64,000 bases of DNA from Eledone cirrhosa (GCA_964016885.1 OZ024742.1:106330001-106394000), one strand, 5' to 3'; shown: positions 11,238 to 24,520, counted from the stretch's first letter. Numbers and translations: made by a program. The notes: a model not told the origin generated them from the letters alone.

Positions 11238-13303
11238 ATGAAAGACCGAATCAAGGGTAATGATGTTACCAACTATAGACCTATCACATGTCTGTCCGTA
11301 ATGTGGAAACTGTTAACAAGCATTGTGTCTGGGGAAATCTACCATCACCTCCACACAAACAACTTGTTACCGGACAAACAGAAAGGATGTCGAAAGAAGT
11401 CCCGTGGTACAAAGGACCAGTTACTTATTGATAGGATGGTAATGAGGAATTGCAAGAGGAGACACACTGGTCTTGCCATGGGATGGATAGACTACAAAAA
11501 GGCATTTGACATGGTGCCTCATTCTTGGATCACCAAAAGCCTAGAGATCTTCTAGGTGGCAGATAACATCAGACAGTTGTTGAGCAAAAGTATGAAGTCC
11601 TGGAAAACAGAGTTAACATCGGCTGGAGAATCCTTGGGAGGTGTGAAGATCAAGAGAGGTATCTTCCAGGGAGATAGTCTATCCTCTCTATTGTTTGTCC
11701 TTGCCCTGATTCCCCTGACCATTATACTGCGAAAAGTGAGAGCAGGATACAAGTTGGGAAAGGGAGAGCTTACCATCAATCACCTCCTCTTCATGGACGA
11801 TCTTAAGCTCTTCGGGAAGAGTGAGAAGGAGTTGGATGTGCTTGTTGACACTGTCCGTATTTTCAGCAATGCTATATGTATGCAATTTGGTATTAGTAAG
11901 TGTGGAGTCCTTGTGATGAAGAGGGGTAAATTGAGCAGAAGCAACGGAATCCAGGTACCAACAGGTGAGATGATAAAGGAAATTGACACTGAAGAAGGAT
12001 ACAAATATTTAGGTGTTCTGGAGGTTGATGACATCAAGAACAAAAAAATGAAGGAATTGATAAGATCTGAATACATTCGGAGAGTAAGGAGCGTATTAAA
12101 ATCACATCTGAACAGTAGGAATGCACTAAGTGCAGTAAATTCCCGAGCTGTGTCTATTAGGTATAGTGCGGGAATTCTGAGATGGAATGTTGCTGAACAA
12201 AAAGAAATGGATAGGAAGACTAGGAAGCTATTGACTATCTACAACATGTTCCACAAGAGGAGTGATGTCGATAGACTCTACTTAAGAAGATCTGCAGGTG
12301 GAAGAGGTCTTATCAGCATAGAGGACTGTGTTCAGATGGAGAAAAACAACCTACACAAATACGTGACTGATAGTAGGGAGCCAATGCTCAGAATTGTACT
12401 GAAGGAGAGGACAATAGACCAGGGGATGTCCAAGGGGGAAATAACAAGAAGAAGAAAGTGCAACCTTCATGAAAAATCCCTTCATAGTACCTTCTTTGGG
12501 AAACTAAATTCAGAGATCCACAGACATGGAACTGGTTGAAAAGAGGCGACCTTAAAAAGGCTACAGAAGGAATGCTAATGGCTGCGCAAGAGCAGGCCCT
12601 CAAAACGAAGTGACTGAAACACCATATTTACAAGTAGGAGGCTAGCCCACTGTGTAGGGTCTGTGGAGAGAGAGAGGAGACTGTGGCTCACATTGTATCC
12701 GAGTGTAAACACCTAGCCCAGACTCACTATAAGGGCTGGAGACATGATGTGATGGGCAGGGTGATCCACTGGCACCTATGCAAAGTAAACAATTTACCAC
12801 ATTCTGAGAAGTGGTATGAGCATAAGCCAGAGTCGGTGATAGAAAACGATCAGGTGAAGGTGCTGTGGGATTTTAGGATACAGACGGACAAGAAACTGGA
12901 ACACAATAGACCTGACCTGGTGGTTTGGGACAAGGAAAAAAGATCGTGTCTGATTGTGGATGTGGCCTGCCCATTCGACACGAGAGTGCAAGAGAAGGAG
13001 AGGGAGAAAATTAACCGATACCAGGACTTAAAGTGGGGGGTAAAAAGGATTTGGAACTGCCATGAAGTCAAGGTCGTCCCGATTGTCATAGGCGCACTAG
13101 GGACTATCTCAAAGAGTTTCCAAGGATGGTTAAAGAGAATTGGCCCCGTCCCGCTTTTTGGAACACTTCAAAAGGCATGCTTGCTGGGAACAGCAAGAAC
13201 CCTCTGATACGTCCTGAGTATCTGCGGCTGCAGGTAGTGGCTTGATATTCATTTCAACAAACTTTCCAGTTAAATAACATCAATGACTGAGACTCAAAGA
13301 ACA
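11238..13303 (+). mobile_element. R4/Dong-like non-LTR retrotransposon (RT + CCHC + restriction-like endonuclease), 5'-truncated, with stops
   Basis: NYRPITCL, QKGC, WIDYKKAFDMVPH, GIFQGDSLS, HLLFMDDLKLF, YKYLG, GGRGL; CRVC..ETVAHIVSEC, RHD, RPDLVV..DVACP, K..RY, PIVIGALG; flanked on both sides by (TAA)n. Confidence 0.92.
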
Positions 13304-13323
13304 ATAATAATAATAATAATAAT

Positions 13324-13510
13324 TGTTTCTACTTTTGGCACAAGGCCAGCAATTATCCCAGTCTATTACTGGTACTTTATTTTATCGACCCCGTAATGAT
13401 GAAAGGCAAAGTTAACCTCGGCGGGAATTGAACTCAGATCGTAAAGAGACGTAACTATGCTGGAAAGCATGGCGTCCGACCCTCTACCGATACTGACAAT
13501 TCACCGCCCC
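13324..13510 (-). mobile_element. Meta-type SINE
   Basis: Same family as 5556-5772, bounded by (AAT)n. Confidence 0.85.
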
Positions 13511-13560
13511 ATAATAATAATTCACCCCCAATAATAATAATAATAATGATTTCTGCTAAA

Positions 13561-13645
13561 GGCATGATAGAATTAATTAATAATTATTAATAATGGTATA
13601 TCGTGCAATGGCCATACTCGATAACGACGGGGCAGCCATCATGTA
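13561..13645 (+). repeat. Dispersed repeat, inverted near-identical copy of 24545-24626
   Basis: gcatgatagaattaattaataattattaataatggtatatcgtgcaatggccatactcgataacgacggggcagccatcat matches the reverse complement at ~24545-24626; both copies abut (TATG)/(CATA)n. Confidence 0.85.
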
Positions 13646-13936
13646 TGTATGCGTGTATGTATGTATGCTTGTATGTATGCATGTATGCGTTTTATTTTTA
13701 GCGCGAGACTCCTAGACATCATTAAGAGATCTCTCAAAGAGAAGGTCACTCTGTATCCAATGATGTAGACCAGTTCTTCTTAGGTAAATATATTCGATGT
13801 TCAGAGAGTGGAATTGGCCCCGTGTAAAGCCTTTCCTCACTTAAAAAAGTTTCAAGCACATACATCGCTTGATGTGTGATACTTTTCCAAAAACAAAACA
13901 CGTCGGTGACCCTCATGCTTAAGTATCAAGCAATGG

Positions 13937-13976
<40 letters not shown>

Positions 13977-14016
13977 ACGAAGTTGTAGTTCACTTGAAGC
14001 ATTGTGTGATGAGGTG

Positions 14017-14227
14017 TAAACGTTTGGAGATGAAAAGCCAAAACAATGCAGGTATGGATATAGAATATAAATGCAAATGCAAAATATATTGTTGACAATT
14101 AGTCTTTTACCTTAAATTTATTGAAATATAAATTTAAGGTAAAAGACTAATTGTCAACAATATCTTTTGCATTTGCACTTATATTCTATATCCATACCTG
14201 CATTGTTTTGGCTTTTCAACTCCAAAC

Positions 14228-14232
<5 letters not shown>
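14017..14232. repeat. Fold-back palindrome (~105-bp arms, 6-nt spacer tgaaat at 14122-14127)
   Basis: taaacgtttggagatgaaaagcc...ccttaaatttat [tgaaat] ataaatttaagg...ggcttttcaactccaaacgttta. Confidence 0.93.
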
Positions 14233-14255
<23 letters not shown>

Positions 14256-14261
<6 letters not shown>

Positions 14262-14920
14262 TTTAGTACAGCATTGACGAAGTTTTAGTATACGGCCAAG
14301 TTAGCGTATATGCATAATCGGTCTGTAGCTTTAGCACTCGGATGGGGTAAGACCACAGAGTAATAACATTACGTTCAGACAGCTTAGCAAATCAGATATA
14401 GCAGTCGGCAGTCCAACCGCATTACCAGAGCAACGAAAATACATGACCCAGGAAAAGATTTTATACTGACCCGGACATAACGGTGAGGCCGAGTGTAAAA
14501 TATATAACCTACATCGTATATCCACAATATAGATCACAATATCACATCCAACATCAGCGCTAAGTTTCTGCAAATCCAAGATCGACAAATTCCTATTGCA
14601 GGAGTCTGCAATATAATAGTTTTTGACGACAGAACATAGGATTTACTTCTTCAGCGAGTCTTTCGTTCTTAGCCAAAGCGGGTATGTTGTAACTTTAAAA
14701 GTCGCCACAGACACGTGGTTTTCTCCAAGGGAGGTAACCCCCGCTTAGGCGGTGTATTCTAATTTGAGGTAAAGGAATGAATCCCCTTATACAAACCGAA
14801 TAAAGCACTCGACTAGAAGTTATCAAACAAACTTAAACAATTAATCAATCAATAGAATCATCTAATTAAATTAATCAGTTAATCGTTAATTCTAGGAGTA
14901 AATATAAATTTTAGTACAGC

Positions 14921-14923
<3 letters not shown>
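14256..14923 (+). mobile_element. Unclassified ~670-bp non-coding element with 20-bp terminal direct repeat, inserted in (TA)n
   Basis: ataaattttagtacagcatt at 14256-14275 and 14904-14923; a diverged homolog of its first ~190 bp lies on the minus strand at 31612-31797. Confidence 0.65.
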
Positions 14924-14962
<39 letters not shown>

Positions 14963-15039
14963 CACGAATCGGCTGAAATGTTGTTAAGCCCACCGACTGT
15001 CACCATCCTGTGCAGAACATTAGTTGTACGTTACCTCAT

Positions 15040-15420
15040 TGCCCTAGCGGCCAGAATTCAAGAAATACCAGCGAATTATTCCACTTAACGCCGAAAGCTG
15101 ACCGAATGTTGTCGGTTGTCGTAAAATATCCATTTGTCGTTACATGTCACAGTGGGGTCAGGAAATAGATTGTTTTTGCTGTACAATGTAAGCATAGAGC
15201 AAGGATTTCGTTTCCACTGTGTGTTGAAGTTTATATTTGTTGATGGTCTCCCGGCCAAATGCTTGACTGATACTGCGAGCAGTTTATGCTATTGTGCGTT
15301 CCAACTCATACAATAATATCACCCGAATTTGTTTTTTTTTTATCTTTAATTTGACAGTCTAAAATAAACAAGAGTAAACTGTGAGAGGAAACGCATTAGC
15401 GACAATCAATAAAATGACAT
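15040..15420 (-). mobile_element. Mariner (DD34D-type) transposase relic, internally deleted
   Basis: Minus translation gives ILLYE...TARSISQAFGRETIN (N-terminal HTH-like) and VTCNDKWIFYDNR (15115-15138 encodes DKWIFYDN), matching the mariner VTxDEKWxxYDN motif. Confidence 0.75.
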
Positions 15421-15880
15421 CTGCGCTTCAAAATAATATATTACACGTACATGGATGAATAAAAATACGTGTATTCCAAAAAGAATCAATTTTGAAATAA
15501 CAAAAACCGCATTTTATTTTTGCACGACGATTAACACCTCTCATTTGCAATGGTCTTTACATCTACAGACATTCAGAAAAAACAATTAAACACTGTTTTT
15601 ATCATAAGGGATCTATTTTCAATTAAAAAATGACCTTAAGCTTCTGGGATTTAACGGATTTTATTGCCAAGAATATGGCACTACTGAATTTAAAGCATTA
15701 ACACATTCTTTGGTAACGTAGCAAGCTGTATTTCAATGAGGGAGTGTAGGCGCGGCGCGGATTTATGTGTACACGTATGTGTACCTGTGTGTGTGCTTGT
15801 GGGTATGAATATGTATGTGTATGAATATGTATGTGTATGCGTGTGTTTGCGTGCACCTGTAGTGCGCGCGTGTGTGTGTA

Positions 15881-15925
<45 letters not shown>

Positions 15926-16329
15926 TTGCGTGCATGCATGAGTGCGTGTGTGTTTGTGTGTAGGTATGTCCATATCTCCGGTTTTCTATGATAGAACCCA
16001 GACAAACCCATGCAGGAGAGTAATAAAAGTTAGATACAAAAATACAATGTACGTATATGCTTTCTTATATATTCCATTTAACGGCAGATGATCATCAGAA
16101 TTGTTAAATCGTTGGACGAGATACTTTACATTATTTCTTTGGGCTCTGAGTTCTGAGTTCAAATCCTGCAGTTACCTACTTAGTTGGTGTACTCAAGCTA
16201 ATGACCGGTTTAATACCAACTTGTATTTGTGGGCCTTTACAGGACCTCACTTTGTGGTAAGAATTCCATCCAGTTTTCCTTATCACTGGTCTCGGAGGCC
16301 TTGAAAAATATGAGTATTGCTCGTCCGTC

Positions 16330-16610
16330 CTTGGCTAAGTGGTAAATCTATATGTTCGATTCTTGGACCGGGCTTTGCGTTGTGTCCTTGAGCAAGACAC
16401 TTTATTTCCCGTTGCTCCAGTTCACTCAGCTGTAAAAATGGGTTTCGACGTGACTGGTGTCAAGCTGTATCAGCCATTGCCTTTCCCTTGGACAACATCG
16501 GTGGCATAGAGAAGGGAGACTTGTATGCCTGGACTTGTGTCTCGGAGGACTTGTGTCTCAGGTGCAAATACTATGGTCATACTTCACTGAAGGGTGTCTT
16601 TACCCTTTAC
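16330..16610 (+). mobile_element. tRNA-derived CORE-type SINE
   Basis: tggctaagtgg, gttcgattc, gtgtccttgagcaagacactttattt, ctccagttcactcagctgtaaaaatggg; ends ctttaccctttac. Confidence 0.72.
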
Positions 16611-17045
16611 TATTTATACATATATATATATATACATACATATATATATATATATATACAGTTTACTGATTGTACGGTCCAGTTACTGTAGGCTCATATA
16701 TATATATATATATATATAGTATATAGGTTAGTGATTATAACGTTTAGTTACTGTAGGTTCATATATATAAATATATATATATAGAGAGAGAGAGAGGGGT
16801 AGAGAGAGGTGGTGAAAGGGAGGGTGGGAGGGAGAGACAGATATATAGATACAGTGGGCTCCCTCACAGTTTCCACTCACGAAACATTTGTCGATTCAAT
16901 GCAATATTTTCAAACACTTCGCCAAGTTGCCTTATAGTGCTATCGCAGCCATAACTACACAATTGTGTCTTAACCATCGAGTCATGACTACGCCCCACAA
17001 AGCTATGGTATATAATATGATATGATTGATATGACATGATATACA

Positions 17046-17130
<85 letters not shown>

Positions 17131-17717
17131 ATATATACACACTTGCATACACACACATACATACATACACAGACACATACACACATACACACACACACAC
17201 ATACATACATACATACATACATACATACATACATACATACATACATACATACATACATACATACATACATCATATAGATTCAACCCATTTAAACAATACT
17301 GAAATTCAAAACGAAAAATACATTTTATCTATATCTCCATTGAAAATACATTGTTCTATTTGAGGTAAATCGAGTAAACTTAAGATCATTTTAAGATCAA
17401 GCAAAAGGAGTCTTACAAATATACATTTTAATAGCACCATAAACGTTTCTTATGACAACACCAATGAAACAGTATTCGGTAATATGAGAGATGAGTATGT
17501 AAATCGAACCGACTGGAATTTTAAACAAGCCGATAAATGAAGGTGACATGAATACCAGTAATTTCAATACTTAATATGTAGGCGTCTTCCGAAGGTTAAG
17601 CAGGGCGAAAAATAAAATACAACATGGCCATCTTTTAAAGCGGCGGTAAGAATGTCTATAAATGTATGTAGGTAGGTAGGTGTACACGTGTATATATGTA
17701 TATATATATATATATAT

Positions 17718-17778
17718 GGGAAAAAGTATAACTCCGACGGCAGAGCTCAAGCCGTTTCGACTACTATTTCTGGACCGT
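17718..17778 (-). ncRNA. 3' half of hammerhead-ribozyme-like motif (family B), inverted arm
   Basis: Minus: acggtccagaaatagtagtc GAAA CGGC ttgagctct GCCG TC ggag = GAAA-helix III-GUC; the CUGANGA half is missing. Confidence 0.55.
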
Positions 17779-18011
17779 AAAATTTAACTCGGCAGCATTT
17801 GAACTCAGAACATATAGGGCCGTAAATATATACAGCAACCCATTTTGTCCAACGCTCTAACAATTCTACCAATCCACCTTTCTTAATGGTTTCCAAGTTT
17901 TGGTAAATAATGAGAAAGATATTATATTACTAAATCCCTCCAAATTCTTTATTATTACCGAAATTATTTGAAAACAACGTGGTGTGTTTTTTGATTTTTT
18001 TCATTATAAAT
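17776..18011 (+). repeat. Local duplication of 19133-19340
   Basis: atttaactcggcagcatttgaactcag...cttaatggtttcca and aaatccctccaaattc...cattataaat recur about 1.35 kb downstream, nearly identical. Confidence 0.9.
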
Positions 18012-18134
18012 CGTCGAAGCGGCTTGAGCTCTGCCGTTGGGGTCATACTTTTTCCTATTTCCCACTCTACTACCCTAAGTATTGAGTACTCTGGTGCGTT
18101 ATGGTCCATCTGGTTCCTTACCACAATTCCTTTG

Positions 18135-18140
<6 letters not shown>
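18012..18140 (+). mobile_element. HHR family B remnant plus downstream body (putative Penelope-like pLTR piece)
   Basis: cgtcgaagcggcttgagctctgccgttggggtc followed by cccactctactaccctaagtattgagtactctggtgcgttatggtcca, which is shared with 35638-35720; it ends in (TA)n. Confidence 0.55.
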
Positions 18141-18182
<42 letters not shown>

Positions 18183-18260
18183 CACATATATATGTGTGTG
18201 TGTGTGTGTGTGTGTAATTAAATTAATGGATGATTGCATGCATACACACACACACACACA

Positions 18261-18383
<123 letters not shown>

Positions 18384-19021
18384 AAGTGAGAGAGAAAGAG
18401 ACATATTTATAACCAAGAAGAAATGGACCTCCATCGGATTCTACGATGACTGTTCCAGTTGTTCGATCAATGGAACAACATGCTCGTGAAATTAATGTGT
18501 TGAGCATTTCACAAACACATATACTGATACCTACCCTTAACGTAATTCTCAGAGAGATCCAGCGTAACACTTTGAATTTCAGATACAATCATCGAACGGG
18601 CTTCCAAATAGTTTTTCGTCAACCCAATTTTGCTCAAATACCATAGATCGAAACCAGGACTTAATGATTGCGAAGGGAATTTCTTTACCATTCGACCATG
18701 ATGCATCCATGGAAATATTAACTCTCCAATAACTACAAAGATGATTCACTGAAGGTGCGATCCACTGCGTGGTAACTTGACTTCCTAGAAATAGCTGCTT
18801 CAAATCTCATTCAAATCAAATCACATCTTCAAATAAGGAAGAATACAATAAATATTCTCGTCTTAAATACTATTAATATTGCTATGATGAAGACTGGAAT
18901 ACTTTTAACCTTTTTGATACCAAGCCTCAGTAAACCAGGTCCGGATCTACGTTACAAAACTGTTTGTTTTCATAATTTCATATAAGAGCCTTTGTTAAAT
19001 TATGTTGCAAACAACAGCTTA

Positions 19022-19240
19022 ATGATTTCTGATTTAGGTACAAAGCCGGCAATACGCGAGGAAGGAAATATAGATTATATCGGCACCAGTACTTTACTGG
19101 TGCTATGTTTTATCGACTTCAGGGGGATGAAACGTAAGATTTAACTCGGCAGCATTTGAACTCAGAACATATAGGGCCGTAAATATATACAGCAACCCAT
19201 TTTGTCCAACGCTCTAACAATTCTACCAATCCACCTTTCT
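19022..19240 (-). mobile_element. Diverged Meta-type SINE
   Basis: atgatttct...ttttatcgacttcagggggatgaa...ctcggcagcatttgaactcagaac...ccaatccacc. Confidence 0.7.
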
Positions 19241-19898
19241 TAATGGTTTCCAGGTTTTGGAAATCCCTCCAAATTCTTTATTATTACCGAAATTATTTGA
19301 AAACAACGTGCTGTGTTTTTGTTTTTTTTTCATTATAAATATGCTAACAAAAAGGGTAATGAGAAAGGCAGTTATATTACTAAATCACTACAAATTCTTG
19401 ATTAATATCAAAATTATTAGAAAACCATAGGCAGCGTTTTTTCATTAAAAATATTGTAAAATTATTTGAAAGCGATAGGTGATGTTTTTTATTAGAAATA
19501 TGGTAAAGAAGTGGTTACTCATGGCTTTTTTTTTTCTTTAAACAGAGCTAACTTGCAGTGTTAAACAACTGCAAGTAGAATTATAACATAGTAATAACTG
19601 CCCAAGGGAACCTTAACACATCAACAAATGCACAGGGGAACAATTGTTACAATGAGTGTTAAGATAGAGGGGTGGGAGAAGAGACATTCGGTAAAACACG
19701 AACAAAATTCAGGGGTTGATGACATTAGAAGCATCGTAGAAATTTGATGGGTAACATGATTACAAAAACACCAATTTTCCTTTCCTCTTATACAAATACA
19801 CCCACGCATATACAACATGTATGCGCTCGCAAGTGTGTGCGTGTGTTTCTGTGTATGTGTTTCTATACTCTTTCTCTCTCTTTCTCTCTATCTATCTA

Positions 19899-19944
<46 letters not shown>

Positions 19945-19968
19945 TCTCTCTTTCTCTCTCTTTCTCTT

Positions 19969-20008
<40 letters not shown>

Positions 20009-21289
20009 CAGCAAGAGAGAGAGAGATATGTGTGTGTGTGCATACATGTGTGTATAAATATATATATATATATTTGTATACATTTATACACACACTTATA
20101 TAGACTTATAAGTAGATGTATATGGTGTGTATATGTGTATGTATGTGTTTGCATGTGTACATATGTCTGTATGTATATACGTACGTATGTATGTACATAG
20201 GTACGTATGTATCTATGCATGTATGTACATACATTCGCACGCATGTATATATGTATGTATATATTATGTATATATGTATGTATGTATGTGTGTGTGTATG
20301 TATGTATGTATTATGTATATGTATGTATCTATGCAACGAAATCCATCATACAACCAGAAAGTTAGATGATGTCCCGGTGGCATTTACAAATTATATGGGG
20401 TAGGGGAGGGTCCTAAAAGGGACACGTTTTGTAAACGTGCGATTAAATATTCATCAGTCATCAAAGGGCAACAATACGAGAGGGATTGGCTAGTGTGTGT
20501 GGATGGGGGAGAAGGAGCTGGGTGTAGGTAAAGCGGCTGGGGGAGGGAAACGACTGGGTGTGTCACATAACAGGGTGAAATTCTGTCTATGTTTGGATGA
20601 GGTGGCAAACGTTTTCTAAGCGTGGGTTATTTAGACAAATTTGTTTCATATACCGTGGTTAGTGACCACCGAAGGATTGATAACGAGTGTTAGTGTCATG
20701 CTGTTGTTGCTGTTGTTTATTCTCCAGTAGATCAGCCCTGATTGAGCACACCTATGTTCAAAGGTATTCCAACTATGTCGACGCTGTCATGTTTCTATGT
20801 GCATTTGAGTGATTTGTTGGCTCATATAGTTATAAGCTGATTGTTGTTAGTATTATGCTGTTGTTGTTGTTGATCAACCCTAGGTCAACACTGATAACGT
20901 AGATCTACAATCAGAGCTATTTCAATCATAATCAACCATATTGCCTTTGATATATAATTTGAGAAGGATTTCGTTACTTTTTCTAACAAATCTTCTGCTT
21001 GTTGTTGGTGAAATGGGTTTTAGATGATTGGTGGTGGAATTTGGCTTCTGGTTAACTTTGATTTATCAAGCTTATAGATAAAGCTGTTATAAACACAACA
21101 AAAGTAGTCACACCACATCGTCTTTTGCGCGGATTAACAAGAAACGTGTTCATGTCTTAGGTAGAGGGCATGTTTGAAAAATATATTGCAGTCTCCATCT
21201 CATGCTGTAAAAACTAGTGATGGACCTTCGACCTGTCCTGGGCGGCGTGAGATAGACACACAAAGATTGTGTATCGCGTAACCTCAAAG

Positions 21290-22890
21290 AGAAATCGGCA
21301 GGGAGGAAACCGTAACCATTGGAACCTGGAACATCACAATCCTTTCAGGTAAGGAGCAGGAATTAGTGGAGGAGGCTAGATGCGTCCGGCTATATACAGA
21401 TGGGGTTTCCTCAACAAAATATCCGAGTACTACAAATTTGAGCGGAGGATGGAAACCCCATTATTCAGGTGTGGCGCAGGAAACGACTACACGGGTGGGA
21501 TTGGGTATACTCATAAGCCCCCGGCTGTCAGAATGTGTTATGGACTGGCTCCCATTAGGTGGGAGAATTTGCCTCTTTAACCTTAAGCTGAAAGATGAGT
21601 CTCTACAACAAACAAAGAATCTGAATACAGATCCTTCCTTTGTTAAGTCACTGCAACGGTAGATGTAGTTAAAACTAAGTCATATATAATAATGGGAGAC
21701 TTCAATGCACATATTGGTACTGACCACCTGATATGGAAAGGAGTTATTGGAAGCAACAGCGATCCCGATCTAAATACGAATTTCTGTTCTAGCAATGGAC
21801 TGTCTATTATGAACATCTCCATCCAGCTAAAAGATATCCATAAATATACATGGTATAAGGGGAATTAGGGACAGAGATTAATAATTGATTTTGTTATTGT
21901 CTCTGATGTCTTCGATTCTGTGCTGGAAGTTCGTGTTAAAATAAGAGCTGAGCTATCAACTGATTATCATCTAGTTACTTGCTTGAGATTACTTAAAACC
22001 AAGGAGCCCACAAAACTAGCAGGTCTAGGTCGATCTACAGGATCAAGTGGGAAGCTTTGGCGGATAAGGAAGTCAGTATCATGTATGTGGATACAATTGC
22101 ATACAAATTCATAATCTTCGTAAACATGATTGACATGCGCAGTCGGGTTGAAAGGGTATCAGACTGGCGGCTGTAACATCAGTTGGCTGGGATTTGCAGA
22201 CGAAATGGCACTACTTAACTCGTCAACAGGCGATCTCCGACATGCACTTAATAGGTTCATTGCCGAGTGCTGCATGGCTGGAATGAAAATCAGTGCTGCA
22301 TACACGGAGACACTTGTTTTCTCAAGGAATACTGCGCAGCGCACAGTCGGTGTGAATGAAGTTCCACTGAAGTAGGTGGAGAAGTCCAAGTATCTCAGGG
22401 CCATGTTCGTAAGTGATGGAAGGCAAGAAACTGAATTAAGTGCAAGAATTGCAGGAGCTGATGCAGTAATGTACCAGCTTCAGCATTTGATAATCAGAAG
22501 TAGGTGTAAAAGCCAAACTCCCTATCTTCAATTCGGTATTCGTGCCAACCCTTACCTATGGTCATGAATCCTGAGTAATGACCGAAAGAATACGATCGTG
22601 AATACAAGCGGCCGAAATGGAGTTCCTCCGAATGGTCTTTGGAGTAACGTTACTTGATAGAGTGCGTAGCTCGGAGAACAGAGAGTCGCTCCAGGTAGAA
22701 CTGCTATTTCTCCTAATTGAGAGATCACAGCTCTGATACTATGGGCACGTGGTTAGAATGCCACATGATAGAATCACTGAACAGATTTTACGGGCAAGAC
22801 CAACCGGCCGGGAAACCTTAGGTAGACACTGAACAAAATGGCTTGATAACATCTATGATCTCGGTTGATCTTGCATGGGGGTCCAGGCGT
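21290..22890 (+). mobile_element. RTE-clade LINE relic with large internal deletion
   Basis: IGTWNITILSGKEQELVEE, GVGIL-like VGLGILIS, IMGDFNAHIG, IDFVIVS, STDYHLV (APE) joined to LGFADEMALL, KYL, FVPTLTYGHES, IQAAEMEFLR (RT C-terminal part). Confidence 0.85.
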
Positions 22891-23289
22891 TGATGTAATA
22901 AACTTTGTCCTTCTCCAAAATTAGAAATCAATAGCCATCTATACTTACATGATTCGGTTTTTTTTTTTTGGGGGGGGGGGGGGGATCTGTTTTGTTTTTT
23001 AAACAGTAGTGTGTGATTAGATAGAAACTGCGAATTATAGCATGTCGAGTAACTTTGTAGGGGCTCCCTATGACATACCATAGTTGTTTAATCCGGTGTT
23101 TTGTTTATCAGTTATCTAGAATGACATATTCTGCGTAAGAGAGATGTGGTGGCTTTCAATAGGTAACACAATTTATATCGCTCATGATGAGTGAAATGTA
23201 TTCGGATGTTTTAAATGCCTTAGAATATGTACGTTAATTCTTAACAGATTTTCTATAAAAAAAATATATAGGAATTTTCTATGACAGTC

Positions 23290-23358
<69 letters not shown>

Positions 23359-24328
23359 TGTGCGCGTGTGTATGTATGTGTGTGTGTAGGTTTGTATATG
23401 TGTTGTGTGTGCAGGTGTGAATGTGTGTGTATGTGTGTTTGTATGTTCGTGAGGGGTGCATGTGTGTGTGTGTGTGTGTGTTCGTGAGGGACGTGTGTGT
23501 GTGTGTTGAAACAGGATTGCTACACAAGCTACAGTGAGTGTCTGAAGAAGTGGGTATTGTTTTCCGTGTTGTCTCCGGATGTTTGTGTCTTATATATATT
23601 TATGTCCTCGCTGAACTAATTTTTCTTTCTTTCTCGTTCTTTCTCTCTCTCCCTCATACTCTCGCTCTTACCTCACCCTTACTTTCTCTTTCCCTCTCAC
23701 CCTCTCATTCGCTCTCGTTCTCTCTCTTTCTCACTCTCTCTCTCTCTCTCTTGCTCTCTCTCTCTCTCTCTTTTTCTCTCGCTCTGTCTCTCTCTCCCTC
23801 GCTCTCGCTCTCTTGCTCTTTCCCGCACGCTCTCTTCCTATCATTCTCTCTCATTCTACATCTCTCGCTCTCTCTCTCTTCACTCTCTCTCTCTCCTACT
23901 CACCCTGTCTTCCCCCTTTCTCTCTCTCACTTACTTTCGCTCTCTCTTTCTCTCAGTCAATCTCTTTATATACACTCCTTCATTTACCCCTTTACCACAC
24001 CCTATTCTCTTCATTTCACACCGAACTCTTTTCTTTCTCAACGACTTCATCTATATTCCCACCACCTCTTCAGTTTCTCCCTTTCTCTGTCCTGCTCCTC
24101 ACCTCACTCTTACACTTAGCCTTTCTCCGACTTCAAGCTAACGCTCTCCCTACAGTATTTCCTTCTCCATACACACACACGACCTGCCCTTCATTTTCCC
24201 CAGCTCTCACCTTTTTTCGCCCCAACAAATAAACCCCTTGATCTGATATCAAGTTCACATATCTTCTTAATACAAACACATGTCAACTGATGTATATATG
24301 TACTTATATACGTCAGTTGAACGGCATC

Positions 24329-24392
<64 letters not shown>

Positions 24393-24489
24393 CATACACA
24401 CATAAACATTCATTCATGCACACACACACATACATACATATATACATACACACATACATACATACATACATACATACATACATACATAA

Positions 24490-24520
<31 letters not shown>

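Noticed and set aside
14630-14670. Minus-strand GAAA..TC g CTGAAGA as a permuted HHR
   Set aside because: Only 1 nt lies between UC and CUGA, leaving no room for helix I.
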